This document shows positions 40,548 through 53,610 of a stretch of DNA of 64,000 nt, piece after piece (position 1 is the first letter of the stretch; the number at the start of each line of letters is the position of its first letter). The DNA comes from Veleropilina oligotropha. Its lineage: Eukaryota. The notes below the pieces were generated by a model. That model saw only the letters and a list, made by a program, of their open reading frames with translations. It had not been told where the DNA came from and made no database searches. The translations under genes were made by a program, and so were the position numbers. The stretch lies in contig JBEUKZ010000069.1 in NCBI GenBank assembly GCA_048128005.1, positions 248,001 to 312,000 of the forward strand, given 5' to 3'.

Positions 40548-43500
40548 GTGACCCTCCATCACAAAATCAGTCACATGTCGCTGGGAGCCAAATGACGCTA
40601 GCACCTAAAAACGAATGATGTAATGTTATCTGGGCTATTTTGGTATATGTTGAGAACTTGATTATTGATAGTCACACTTTCGCACACTATACTTGTTTTT
40701 CGAAGAAAATAAATAAAAATTACATTATTTCTGCTTTCATATGTGTTCGTCAATGTCATTTTGTTCAATATTCGGGTAGAATGTCACCAAAACACTCAGC
40801 ATTTTGGATAATCAGTACATTGAGCGCTGTGTAATTCTCCATACATAACGGATATCGCTATGACGCTTGAAGACTCTACTTTCCAAATATGGCATAGCTG
40901 ACCGGGTCAAATATTAAATGAACCAATGACAAATTGTATTGAAATGTTTGTGTTTGTTGATTTGAGCCTAGCAACGTGATCATGGGAGCTAAGTCAAGCA
41001 ATATGATTGGTCTATAATTCCGCGCATGCCCAGATGATTCCAACTCACATGTTGTTTGCGCTTCTTTTGAAGTCCACGACGTTCGTTTCGAAGCTTCTTA
41101 TCTTTGTTGATTTTAAGCTAAGAAACGCTACTATGCTAAGTAAAAGAGCAAAACATGCAGAGGAAGTGGCGAAGGCATTGAACAGCATTTCGTTATCTAA
41201 TTTGGATGGGATAGGTAGGGAAAGTGGCGACTTACAAGCCGTTGTAAACGACTACCTGTTTGCGGATTTGTCAGATAGCGATGACCCGTCCGATATTAAC
41301 ACCGAGACCGACCACGATTCGAGCGACGAAGATATACCTGTCCTTGATACAGATGCGGAAACGGCAACGGAAATTGCGGCCGGTTTTATCGTCGAAATGC
41401 CAGACGCCGAGAGAGGAAAGGCTGAAAGTTTCAGGTAAGTGTAATGTAAAATAGAATATTTTATGTATTGTATGAATATAACCAAAGCTAACCACCGAAC
41501 CTCTAAAAAACTGGCATACGAGATTTTCATAAGATTTTATAGATCTATTGATTTATGCATGCAATATTATAGTAGGCCTGCATGCTACTTTTCACTTTCA
41601 CAGCAAGCTTATTTGCATATGCATGTCAACACAGCTGTGCGATGTAACACACGGTACTCATAGGGAAAGTCCATTTCCCGGTTAGTGGCGAAATTTAAAT
41701 TTTGTCCATTATTTTATTCAACATATCCCTCTCTCTGATGATAATTATGACTGAAAGTATATATTATTTCATCAAAATATATTCATAACTTAATTATTCA
41801 ACGATAAAATGATACAACCATATATTTTATAACATATTTTATAACATTGATCACACCCATAAAATACATGCGTAGGCCTATACACCTTCTTTGAGCACAA
41901 TCGAAGCTTTTATTTAGCATGACGATGTCGTATAAATTGTACTATTACATAACATGTTCATTACCGGAATGTGTCACAAATGAACAACAATGTATATTCA
42001 AAAGTAGACTTCGGGCATCATTATCATTATGGGTAAGTGGCCGTTTTTTTGTTTTATTATTTATAACAAATTTCCACAATTGATTTTAGCCTAAATATTT
42101 TATAAAGATAGCGGTCCATTTGATCAAATGTAATACTAGTATTATAATAAGTAGGCCCCATTTACCCACGCCACAAACTGCAACTTGCATCCTATATTAT
42201 TACTAGAATAAAAGTAATTATCATCGACAACTATATACTAGCTACTATTCTAGTAGCTAGGCATCTAGTACAGTTCATGTTATTGGTCCCCGGGGATGCA
42301 CTTGTGTTCTTGTTTAGATTATTGGGATGTCTATGGCCAAAGCAAGAATATAACTCATTATTAAATCAACATTTAATATGTCATGTATTTAAAAAAGATT
42401 TTCAAACAGAGCCTGTCAAAATTTTAATCTCCATTTACTAGTATATAGGCTAATATATAACTTACAACAACAAATTGTTATTTATACTCTAATACTACTA
42501 TAACGTGGTGCTATATTTTCAAATAGTAATATCAATTCTTGAAAAATATACTCGTACATTGTTAGCTTACATAACTTTTGCAGCTGGCTGCATTTATTTA
42601 CAAATCGAAGCCTCCTTCAGTATTAAATAGTTTAAAATTCACAGTAAACCAGTAACAAAATGGCTGACAAATGGTAAAATTGACAAAGAGGCCCCTTATA
42701 TCGCAAACAATTTCGTCCTCAGCTGAGGAGATCATCGGTGAGGTTAAGGAAGTTTCGAGTAACCCAATTTGAGATTTTCCTCAGGTGAGGAAAAATCTCA
42801 GCGGATTTGAGGATAAGGAAATCTTAAGTTAAGGAGCTTTGAGTAAGCGGGCCCAGACACTTAACTAGAATGTCAGACGGGCCCGGGTTCAAACTCAACT
42901 GGTGACTCATTTTACCGTTAAAAATAATAAGCTCTATTGTCGTTTAAATCATAGATATGCCTTAAATCGAAAGCGATATGGCTATTAGTTTTAATATAAG
43001 CATCAGAAGAAACCACGATGATCACGACGTTTCCAGTCGCGTTGCCATGATGTCGTCCCATGATGACATACTGAATGTTCATTTTTTATGCCACCACCAA
43101 TTTATTGGGGTGGCATTTAGATTTACTCTTGTCCGTCCCGTCCCGTCCGTCCCGAAACCAGTATTTGCGTGTAAGCAACTCCAATCTGCTATAACTTCTA
43201 TTTGCCTTCATGGATTGACTTGATACTTTGTACACTTGCTTATCATCATTCATGCTTCGCTATGGTCAAGGCTGCCAGTGGGGGCATTCGTGTCCGATGG
43301 ACACATTTCTAGTTTATATGTGTGATCTACTTTTCAGCTGAAAAAGATCTGATACTGCTTGGAGTGATTAGTACTGTGGCAAACAGCAGTGAAATGACCT
43401 GCAGGAGCAGACATCGTGTCCAAAGCCAGAGGCAGTTTCAGAAGTCCGGTTACCTTATCGACGGCATGAGAGTGTGCAGAGATAGTTTTTGTTTTCGTAA

Positions 43501-44845
43501 GTATTAACTTCGTGAATATTAGTTGTATGAAAATATGCAATCATAAATATTTCTGATGCAAAAAATTATAAATGGGCTGCATAAATTGATAATGTATCAA
43601 AATTGTAAATAGACTTGATTTGAATTCCAGTTGATTGTCACATGTAACTTATAGTATATCCTGATGATATAGATAAGGGTCATATGGATTGATGATACAG
43701 TATGTTCAATTTATCCTATGAGCAATGCATAAACCAAGATTGAAATCAACTGAGCTTCGCGAGCTATGAAGGACTATGGCTGCGTGAACCAGCAGTTGAA
43801 CCAGTGCATTAGTCATAAAAAACCAACAATGCCTATTAAAATGACTGACTTTAAGATAGGCATGTTGATTAATATAATTGATAATATAACAATGGTTTTG
43901 AAGGCGTTGTACCATTGTATTGGCCCGACTTGAATGATTATCACCTCAACAGTCATGAACGCCTGCCATGTTATGAATATTACTCGGATCAGGCATCAAT
44001 ATATTGTCATTTTGTTAACAGAAATCATGTCAGGTGAGCAAACATCATTCAGTAACAGTTCTACTTTTGAAGTTGGATGTTTACTGTGCAGGTGTTGCCA
44101 GTGGAATGTGATTGCAAAATAGTTTAAATTGAAAATCAAATTGTTGTTTGCCAGTTTTTATGCTAATGGTCGCATGATCACCTGAGTGGGATGTTATGCA
44201 CTCGGTTGGTTCTGACGTTTCACCGACCACCCAACCTAGTGCTATCCTATAGGTAATGCTTTATCATTGGGTAATAATACAGTATCTGAGTACATTGGCA
44301 CTCCCTGGAGTTAATAAAACATTACAGTTGTTCATAAGTGATTGCAGACCATGGGGTTTCAGCCTTGTTTTTATCCCATGAAAATATGAGCATTCTCTCA
44401 ATATGACCATGTATGTTAAAATAGTACAATAAAGACTCATAAAACTATAAATGCGACAATAAAACATACATATATAAATAAATAGATATGGCCATATGTA
44501 TTTTGATCAGTTTCCTCCCCATGACATAAAGATGGTAAATATTTTTTTATATTACATGTTGTAGAGTATCCAGTGATAAAGTGACTGCCCTGAATGCTTG
44601 GTATAAAGAAAATGGCCTTTGTCCTCGCAAGATGCTATCCGGTGGTAGGAAAAACAACACCAGGGTGATTACCATGCAGGATGCAGAGCGAGTAGTGAAT
44701 TTTCTAACTTCTTTCACTGAAGAGCATGCCATGATACTGCCAGGCCGAATCCCTGGATATAAGCGTGACGATCTGCGACTCCTCCCATCCTGTCACACCA
44801 AAGCATCTATCCACCGACTGTATGAGCAAAGCATGATTGCCATTG
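40548..44845 (+). mobile_element. 5' part of a Sola-like DNA transposon with spliced transposase N-terminal exons (41133-41434, 43338-~43496, 44565-44845)
   Basis: Terminus-like aaat|gtgaccctccatcacaaaatcagtc; exons encode an acidic N-terminus, EKDLILLGVI...Y.IDGMRVCRDSFCF and VVNFL..F.EEHAMILPGRIPGYKRDDLRLLPS..TK..IHRLY, motifs I associate with Sola-type transposases; catalytic region and right TIR not found. Confidence 0.55.
42690..42854. mobile_element. Harbinger-like MITE remnant
   Basis: Right end ctttgagtaagcgggcc|cag; internal cctcagctgagg / cctcaggtgagg palindromes; left end degenerate. Confidence 0.4.
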
Positions 44846-45258
44846 GTATGTAGCATAATCATGTTGTATTCATATGAAAAACATGTCAATAGTTGTAAAC
44901 ACATTATATATAACCGACCCAAGCAGGTGTGTTTCACTGGTTTATCTGGGCCACCACATAATGATATTGTGGTCATATCTCAATACGACTAGGGATGTTC
45001 AAATGTGACAATAAACACTAGAAATATGAATATTCGCAGATGTAAATGATGCATGCATTCAATACAATAAATCAGGCCAAACAGACCGTCGAATTATCTC
45101 CCTTTCTGACCAAACAGACAGACGCACATCTACGGCGCCCCCTTTCCCCGAGCGTTACACGGCAGTGACACCCAGCATGCATTATCTCCCTTTCTGGTCA
45201 AACAAATAAACATCTAGAGAAACGCTGAAACTACTGTTTTATATATTAGATATTATAA

Positions 45259-45395
45259 GTTGTCGGCCTTGCACGAGGGGAATATGGGTCTATGTACCTG
45301 TTGGAGAAACTTTATTAACCGAGACGAAGTCGAGGTTAATAAATTTTCGTAAACGGGTACATAGACCCATATTCAACGAGGGCTATGCCGACAAC
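45259..45395. repeat. Imperfect palindrome centred on ccgagacgaagtcgagg (Crypton-like non-autonomous core)
   Basis: gttgtcggc...aatatgggtctatgtacc...tttattaacc / ggttaataaa...ggtacatagacccatatt...gccgacaac. Confidence 0.55.
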
Positions 45396-47359
45396 GAATT
45401 TATCTTGCCCTAATATAAACAAAATCTTGCATTTTAAACAATTTTCTTTTCCAAATTTATCGCTCCGTGAAAGAACACCGTTTCTACATTCCATAGTTAC
45501 AGCTAAAAACCGCATCTCTAAAATGATGTCGTAGCCTCTTCTGAAGAATATGTATAACAATTCAAGTTCGATAAAATATTATATTTCTTATCTTTTGTTT
45601 TGGTATTTCAGTAGGATTGGTATGAGTATTGAAAAATAAATATGGTATGTTGATGCTAATTTTCTGCAAACCGATGTAATTTAAATATATTTAAGGATAT
45701 TCCGACGTGGCCAGTAGAATGCAGTGATATTGCTTAGCAACCGTCACTCTCCTGGTACAGAAATTATAATACTCAGTTCATGTACGGTAAAGAAATGACG
45801 ACTCTGCACAGGAGAATGATCCGCAATAGCAGTAAACACCAATATTAGTTAAATAAGAATAAAATAATCGATTATTTTACATGGAAATGTCTAACAGTTA
45901 TTGAATGTTGCATAGGATGATGTTGTTGACGTATTGTAGATAATTGTTAACACAATGTAATTGTTTATTAATGTAAATTTTATTATCATTATTAATAGTG
46001 CGAGTGAACATTTATATGTTCAATTATTTCATTTATGTTTTAAATAATGCAAATTGTATTATCAATGTTAATACTGACAGTTATTATACATGTGTTTCAT
46101 ATGTTGTTCATGTAATTCCTGTATAACTTTTTATCCCTGGCAATCACCAGGGTAAGTATTTATTGAGTGCACTCTACAGTCGGTTATAACCCGATTTGCT
46201 TCAAATATAATATGCACATTAGTTATGATGGGATAACGATTTTGAACAATTTTTGTCATTTTTTTTAAATATAGGAGCCTCGTTGAGTTGTGAGCTCGAG
46301 GATTTTGCTAGTTGTTATTAATTGTTTATCATATATTGTTCATTCAATTATTGTGGATATTTGTTAATTATTTACTGTGGTATGCACATTTTATTATCAT
46401 TGTTTCAAGTGTCAGTATTTTGTTGATGCAATTACTGTAATTGTATTTTAATAATTAATAGATATTTGTTAATTATTGTTTATTCAGATTTTATTATCAT
46501 TGATACTAGTGCTAGTGACCTACAGGTTTTTCAAATGTTTTCATATGATTGTAGATATATGGTAATAATTTGTATGCAGTTTGTACTTCTGGATATCGAT
46601 ATTTATGTAAACTGTATTAACCCCTAAAAAATGAAGTGCGTCTGTCTGTGCATGCATATATCTCAAACCGCTCGACATTTCTTTACGAAACTAGGTGGGT
46701 ATATTACGTGTTTGGATAATTGTGGCCTTTTGTTAATTTTGGTGTTGTGCAGCCATTATTGGCCTAATTATTGCCATTGTTTCAAATTTGTTCAATTTTT
46801 TTAAGGAATATACCTCATAATTAAACCACTTGACAAAATTTAAGAATCTTGGTGGGTAACAAGAAGTTGGTGAAATAGGTCAAATTGCTAATTTTGACGT
46901 ATGCGACAATTGTTGTCAAGAGTTATTGCCCTTTGTTTAAATTTGTTAAATTATATTTGAAGAAAATCTTACAAACTGTTCGCCACATTTTTATTTAAAC
47001 AGTTTAGGCAATATTTGTAAATGATTGTGTTATAATTTACTTATCAATGATATCATTATTACTAATTCCAGTGATCATATAAATTTTTCATATCAAAGCA
47101 GTCAATGTTCCTCGTTACACAATAATAAGGATAAAAAGTTGTCACAGCTTTGCCACGAATTGTGGAATTTTGACAAAACCTAAAAGATGGAACGATTATT
47201 GTAAAAGGTGTAAAGTTTTCATAGAATGGTTGCATACATTTAAATAAATTATATTGTCAATATTTGCTTTATATCATGATTGTGATCCGTCAAACGACAA
47301 ATGAATGGATAAATGAATTTACTTTTAAAATTATAAGGAGTCAATTTTGCCATCGCAAC

Positions 47360-47810
47360 CACAGGGGCCTGGATCGCTGCTTATCGTTCGTCTGTTTCCG
47401 ATTGACGAGTAGCGCAGTTCGCTATAACTATATAATATAAACAAGGGGGGTCGGCAAGTACAGCGAGCGTAGCACACGACTCGATAACATGACGAATAAC
47501 TTACGAATTACGCGTAGTTAACACTCAGCGCTCACAGTATCGATAAATAGCTTGTTTAACAAACAATATATTTAAAAAATAATGTACCTACCTCTTGTAA
47601 ACAACTTCTAAGTCCATCTGGTAAAACAGCTACCAATTACTCGGGACTCATCAAACCCCAGCGTCATAATGTGATATGATTTCATTGGTCAATATTCGAC
47701 ACAATGCATTTGAAATAATTTCCATAAATTATTCAAATGAATTGTGTCGAATATTGACCAATGAAATATCGGAAACAGACGAACGATAAGCAGCGATCCA
47801 GGCCCCTGTG
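47360..47810. mobile_element. MITE with perfect ~43-bp TIRs and 8-bp TSD (P- or hAT-like)
   Basis: cacaggggcctggatcgctgcttatcgttcgtctgtttccgat and its reverse complement; TSD atcgcaac (47352-47359, 47811-47818). Confidence 0.92.
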
Positions 47811-48794
47811 ATCGCAACCAGTAAAAGTGTTGGTGCTATTGTGCAATAAACTTATTATAAATATATTAAAGCTAAAATATTTATATTAAGGAATTTTAAA
47901 TGCTGGTCAAATTTAGAATTGAATAGTCGTGAATAAAGTAATGCTAAATAGCATATGTAATATATAAGCTATAACAATATAAGTTGTCAAGTGATGTCGC
48001 AGTAAGCATTGAATACCACATGGCATTGAACAACGAGGCTCTAGCAGAGTGGTTTAACGTATGTGGATGTTATAAAAAGTTTTCGTGAAATAACCTACAT
48101 TGTTTGCTGTTTTATAATATAAATCTGTGGTCGCCGCTGAAAATCATTCTATGTATCCGCCATTATAATTGCCACGGATGCATTAATTTCGGGCAAACCC
48201 AAATCGTTTCGTCCTAGGCTTACTATATTAAATATATTTATTAATTTTAATTTACTTGCCATTGATCGGTTTTATGATACACGATACATGGGTTGAAGTC
48301 ATCAACAAATTCAGCACTATCATATGTGTAGTCTCATTAAGGCAAATAACGAAATGCATTCTGCGTGAAATTAGTATTACATTCTCAAAAACATTAAAAA
48401 CATATAGGAAATTAAACTGTCCATCATTCATAAGTAAAACCATCACAGTAAGTAAACTCTTCATTATTTTCATCAGTTTATAATCGAAATAAACGTACAA
48501 AATATTGTATCTAATAAAATAATGTCCTCTATTATTAATGTTAGATATTTAAATAATGTTGGAAGTAATATTTGATATAAATACCTAACAAATATAAGTA
48601 AAAATTGGCAAGGGATCATTGATCAGTTTCGCAAAAACATGAATAAAGGCAAAACATTTAATTATTATATACATTTGTTGTGTTGTTTGTATGTTTACTC
48701 AAAACATTCTCTTATTTGAACGTTAGTGGTCATATCGAGATATTCCCATATTATCGTATGGTCAAATTGAGACATGCTCACGTTATCCTGAGGC

Positions 48795-49059
48795 AGGGGA
48801 GGAGGAGGAATTATGCTTAATGTCCTGTATATTTATAACATCGAGGTTCAAGGCAGGACATGTCCGTGTTATCGCAGGAGGAAACCCCGGTTGCCGGGTA
48901 AACCCGCCCTCTTCGGTCAGTCACGGACAACTGTGCTTCATAACTTGAACAAATGTGTGCTGCCTCAGCCGGGGGTCGATCTCACTACTGTTCGCGTCAG
49001 CGGAAACAAGCCAGTGAATTTACAGTGGACACTCTACCCATTGCGCTACCGAAGCGGCC
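48795..49059 (-). mobile_element. tRNA-derived SINE (same family as 18415-18652)
   Basis: Minus strand ggccgcttcggtagcgcaatgggtagag (A box), gagatcgaccccc (B box), shared core, (cct)n tail. Confidence 0.8.
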
Positions 49060-50161
49060 TTCCTGAGGAAGGGAAGCATACATGTATTATTCGGTTAAAA
49101 CAAGACGATATCATGTACTCCTGTAAAGCAGATCGATCACACAATGTCGCTAACCAAACTGGACCTGCATTTCATAACAGTAAATACAATTTTAAGGCAA
49201 CATGATATTGTGCTGTTATGCAAGAATCATCACCAATGTAATACTGATTTACTTCGTTGCAGAAAATTTCACTCAAACAAAAACAAACAACATGGAAATA
49301 ATTTTTCAGAGCATACTACCAAGTACGCACAAAAGAAAACAAATTTGCTCCTCATCAAGTGGATTCATGAATTAATCCCATCAGTATCAATGGTAATTTG
49401 TCCCTTTAGATTCATGAATTGTATTCATCCACAAAGATGACTGAATGACAATCAACAGTCCTGTCAATTGAAATATCTTAAAGGTGTTTCATACGTTGCT
49501 CTGGGCGATGCAAGTTCAATAGATGATGACCTCATCAATGTCTGTGAGCTTCTGACAGTAAACGCACTGATCGGTCCATTGCAGGAAAGATGACGGAACT
49601 TGGAACTCTGAAAAAATAGCAAATTGAATTGAACATATCTTTAATGACTTGTGAACTAAAACTCTTAAATTAATATAGGAATATATTTGCAGTGTTAGTC
49701 TTTCATGACTGTCCACGTTTTCTTATTAGCTGACCTGGCGAAAGAAACAAACAATCAATTAACCTCTAGATTAGTCAAATTCTCAGGTCAGGGGTTGAAT
49801 TGGACGTCGGTTAGACCAGCTACTCGGAGTTCATTCCATTGTAATATCATTGTCCGCTTATTGATTACTCCATGAACAATGGAAATAAATGTATAAGACA
49901 GTGGCATTCATAATTACAGCATAAATAAATTTATACATGTCTTTATCAACAGTGGGAGTATAAAATTGTTAGCAAATCCGTTAACTTGATATGAACAACT
50001 AACCAAATTAATTGCAACCACATAACTACTCTCAGAACATAAGATAATAATGAGCAATATTTTCATCAGTGCGTTTACTATTTTCATTTGGATCGGTTAC
50101 TTTACAAGCAATTTAAAAAATTTCAGCCGTATTACATAGTATTCTAGCGGGCCCACCAGTT

Positions 50162-50503
50162 CGGTCCGACTAATTACCCAAATGTACCCAAAAGTACCCA
50201 AATGTACCCAAAAGTAGTCGCATATGATTAAAATATAGGTTTTTCATTGTATATAAAGGCTTATTTGTGACCGTAGAGGATTGGAAAATGTCACGACGTG
50301 TCATGTGGCGTAATGATTCGAAAACTACGTAAATTTATTAACCATAACGATATTTTAATTGACTGAATTCAAGGGAGATAACTCATATGTATTGTTCGAG
50401 GTTTCAATGGATCAGCGCTAAAACGCACAATATATACAATGAACAACCTATATTTTAATCATATGCGACTACTTTTGGGTACATTTGGGTAATTAGTCGG
50501 ACC
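50162..50503. mobile_element. Mutator/Foldback-like MITE with tandem-repeat TIRs and 9-bp TSD
   Basis: cggtccgactaattacccaaatgtacccaaaagta... / ...tacttttgggtacatttgggtaattagtcggacc; exact TSD ccaccagtt (50153-50161, 50504-50512). Confidence 0.88.
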
Positions 50504-51409
50504 CCACCAGTTTACAAACGGGTCCCCTACCATCCCACCTCTTCCATTTCGTTTCTCCCTGACACCTGCCTTTTACTTCGTGATTATTAATGTATTAAAC
50601 ATGTACACATATTAAAATAGAATGAGTCATGACGCGCGCACACACACACATAAATTTACTGAAGGCAAACGAATCAAAACGAAATGTACTTACCAGTAAG
50701 ATAAAATCGTCATTTTTACTTGTTTTCATTATCCGCGGTCAAAGCAATCGTTTTATGAGAAAGACGCTGATTCACGTATGCATGCGACGACCTATCAAGG
50801 CATACGGACATTTTTCATCGCCCACAGTACAACATAAATCGGAAAAATCAACAGTAAACCGATACTGCCGTTGTCATCATCTTGTAAACAACGGCCATTT
50901 TGATAGCGCCCTCGTGTGTACACATGACGTCACATTTTGAGGTGATCTCAAAACTTTATCTTGTCATGTTTACGAACACAATGGTATATATATATATGTC
51001 TCAGACAATATATGAAATCATTTTAAAATAGATTTAGGAAACAGGGCTGCACGTATTTTATGTAAATCAACTATAAGTTTCTACACATTAATATTAGATG
51101 TTATTGCAAATGTCAATAAAAATGACGTTTTTTCGCCGAAAATCGACAAAATGACGTTTTTTCGCCGAAAATCGACAAAATTGCTATTTGTATGGATTAT
51201 ACGTTATTCTTCGAGGGTGGTATAAATCCAAAACTGTGTGCCAGATAACAATAAATTTAATGTCTATATGTAGCTAATAAACATATCTACGTAAATAGAA
51301 AGTTTCGAAGAGATTCGACCACAAAAAATATGCGTTGTCAAGGACTTTATCAAATGGTAGATTAATAACTGTTTGAATTTTTTAAACGTTTATTTCTCCT
51401 TAATTACGT

Positions 51410-53125
51410 CAATCATGCTCCGGAGATCACCAAAACAGTCACCATAAGACCAAATACACAATGGTACAATGCCAACCTCCGCCAAGCTAAAGTAATTCGA
51501 CGACGCTTAGAACGACGCTGGAATAAGTCTGGCAAACTCACCGATTACGACGCATATAAGGAACAGTGCAAGTTGGTGAACCATCTGCTCACGGATGCTA
51601 AAACTGAATTCTTCTCAAACAAAGTCATTAACTCGAAAGATGATCAAAAGAAGCTCTTTAATGTTACCAAAGATCTGTTACAATGGAATAAGTCAACTCC
51701 ACTGCCAACTGATTATCAAGAGGAATCACTTCCCACTATTTTTAGCGACTTCTTCGTTGATAAAATAATCAAAATACGAAACACAATTTCGTTATCGCAA
51801 ATGCAATCAACCACCGATGAAATCTATGAATCTTTAGATTCGAAACGTAATGACATTCAACTCTTAACGTTTGAAGTTGCAACGAATGATGAAATTAGGT
51901 CGATCATTATGCGGACATCATCATCTACGTGCCCACTCGACCCTCTACCATCATGGATGCTGAAAGCATGTTCAGATGAATTGTTGCCAATTTTGACGCG
52001 GCTTGTCAACATGTCATTATCCAATGCAGAAGTTCCAGAAAATTTCAAGAGCGCATTGGTAAAGCCCTTACTGAAAAAGGCCAATTTGGATCAAAACAAT
52101 CTGAAAAATTATCGACCGGTTTCTAATCTAAGTTTTATTTCAAAACTTGTGGAACGTGTTGTAGCAATTCGATTAAATTCTCACCTGAAAAATCACATGC
52201 TTTTGGACAAATACCAATCAGCGTATCGCATGTTTCACTCCACAGAAACAGCCCTTTTAAAGGTTCAGAATGACATACTTCAATCTCTACATCAGAAATC
52301 AATGGTTGCTCTCGCCTTGCTTGACCTGAGTGCAGCTTTCGATACAATTGACCACCAAATTCTGTTTAACCGCCTGAACGCCTACTTTGGAATCAAGCAA
52401 TCAGCGCTTACATGGATCAAGTCATATCTACATGAGCGAAAACAAACCGTCGTCATAAACGGCATGAAAAGTGACCCCGCCTCTCTCCCTTACGGTGTGC
52501 CACAAGGTTCCGTCTTAGGTCCGATTCTGTTTTCGATGTATGTCACACCCGTAGCAGAGATTGCCTCCAAATATAATCTGTCCTATCATTTCTACGCAGA
52601 TGACAGTCAAATATATATTGCATTTGATCCCAAAAGCTCCTTCAAGGCAAGCCTAGATATATTGGAGAGCTGTGTTTCAGAGATCAAACACTGGATGTGC
52701 ACAAACATGCTGAAACTCAATGATGATAAAACTGAGTTTATTATATTTGGCTCAAGAAGTAACATCACAAAGGTCCGAGATGTAAACCTACAAGTTGGTG
52801 AAACTGAAATAAACTCCAGCGAATTTGTAAGAAATTTGGGTGCTTACTTCGACAACACTATGTCGATGGAAAAATTCGTCTCTGATAAAGTTAAATGCTC
52901 ATTATTCTTCCTAAGAAACATCAGACGCATCCGTCGTTTTTTAACACCAGATGCAACGAAGCTTCTTGTGCATGCATATGTCATATCTCGCCTTGATTAT
53001 TCCAACAGTTTACTTTTCGGAATAAACGCAAGCTTCATTAACAGATTGCAGCAAGTTCAGAATGCCGCAGCCAGGCTGATTTTACTTGCCCAGCCAAGGG
53101 ACCATGCAACCCCGCTGCTATATAG
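51410..53125 (+). mobile_element. L2/CR1-group LINE ORF2 (RT domain, uninterrupted frame), 5'-truncated and cut at its 3' end by an IS3EU insertion
   Basis: NYRPVSNLSFISKLVE, QSAYRMFHSTETALL, LLDLSAAFDTIDH, GVPQGSVLGP, FYADDSQ, LKLNDDKTE, SRLDYSNSLL, LQQVQNAAAR, HATPLL. Confidence 0.95.
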
Positions 53126-53149
53126 TATGGTGTCCGGTTAGGGCCATAT

Positions 53150-53610
53150 GCTAATTTCGCTATTTCGCAGTATCGTGCTCGAAACAGCAATATAGCGAAA
53201 GCACGAAATTAGTACTTGCTAATTTTGCATCTTCGACCTAGGACGAAAGAGCGAAATTAGAACACTAAATTTAGCGTCTTTGTCCTTTTCAGGACACAAA
53301 AAGGCTAAAGCGCGAAATTAAGAGACACTAATTTCGCTATTTCGCCTCTGGTCGAAAGCGCGAAGAGGCTAAATTAGCAGCTACTAATTTCGCTGTTTCG
53401 TGCGCGAAACAGCGAAAGAGCGAAATTAGTAAATGACTAGCGAAATTAGCAAATTGTAATTTAGCCTCTTAGCTCTTTCGACCAGAGGCGAAAGAGCGAA
53501 ATTAGAATCCTTAATTTAGCCTTTTCGACCTAGGGCGAAATAGCGAAATTAGCAACTGCTAATTTCGCTATCTCGACCGGAAGGCGAAATAAATTTCGCT
53601 GTATCGACCG
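53150..53610. repeat. Subterminal array of GCGAAATTAG / CTAATTTCGC motifs in both orientations
   Basis: Repeated agcgaaattag, ctaatttcgc, gcgaaagagcgaaa and ttcgacc within ~460 bp. Confidence 0.85.

Noticed and set aside
48813..49205. 130-aa ORF similar to the 79-aa ORF at 18409-18648
   Set aside because: The similarity reflects antisense translation of two copies of the same SINE.
53150..53610. Interspaced short repeats as a possible CRISPR-like array
   Set aside because: Motifs are ~10 bp, occur in both orientations with irregular spacing, and sit in a transposon subterminus.
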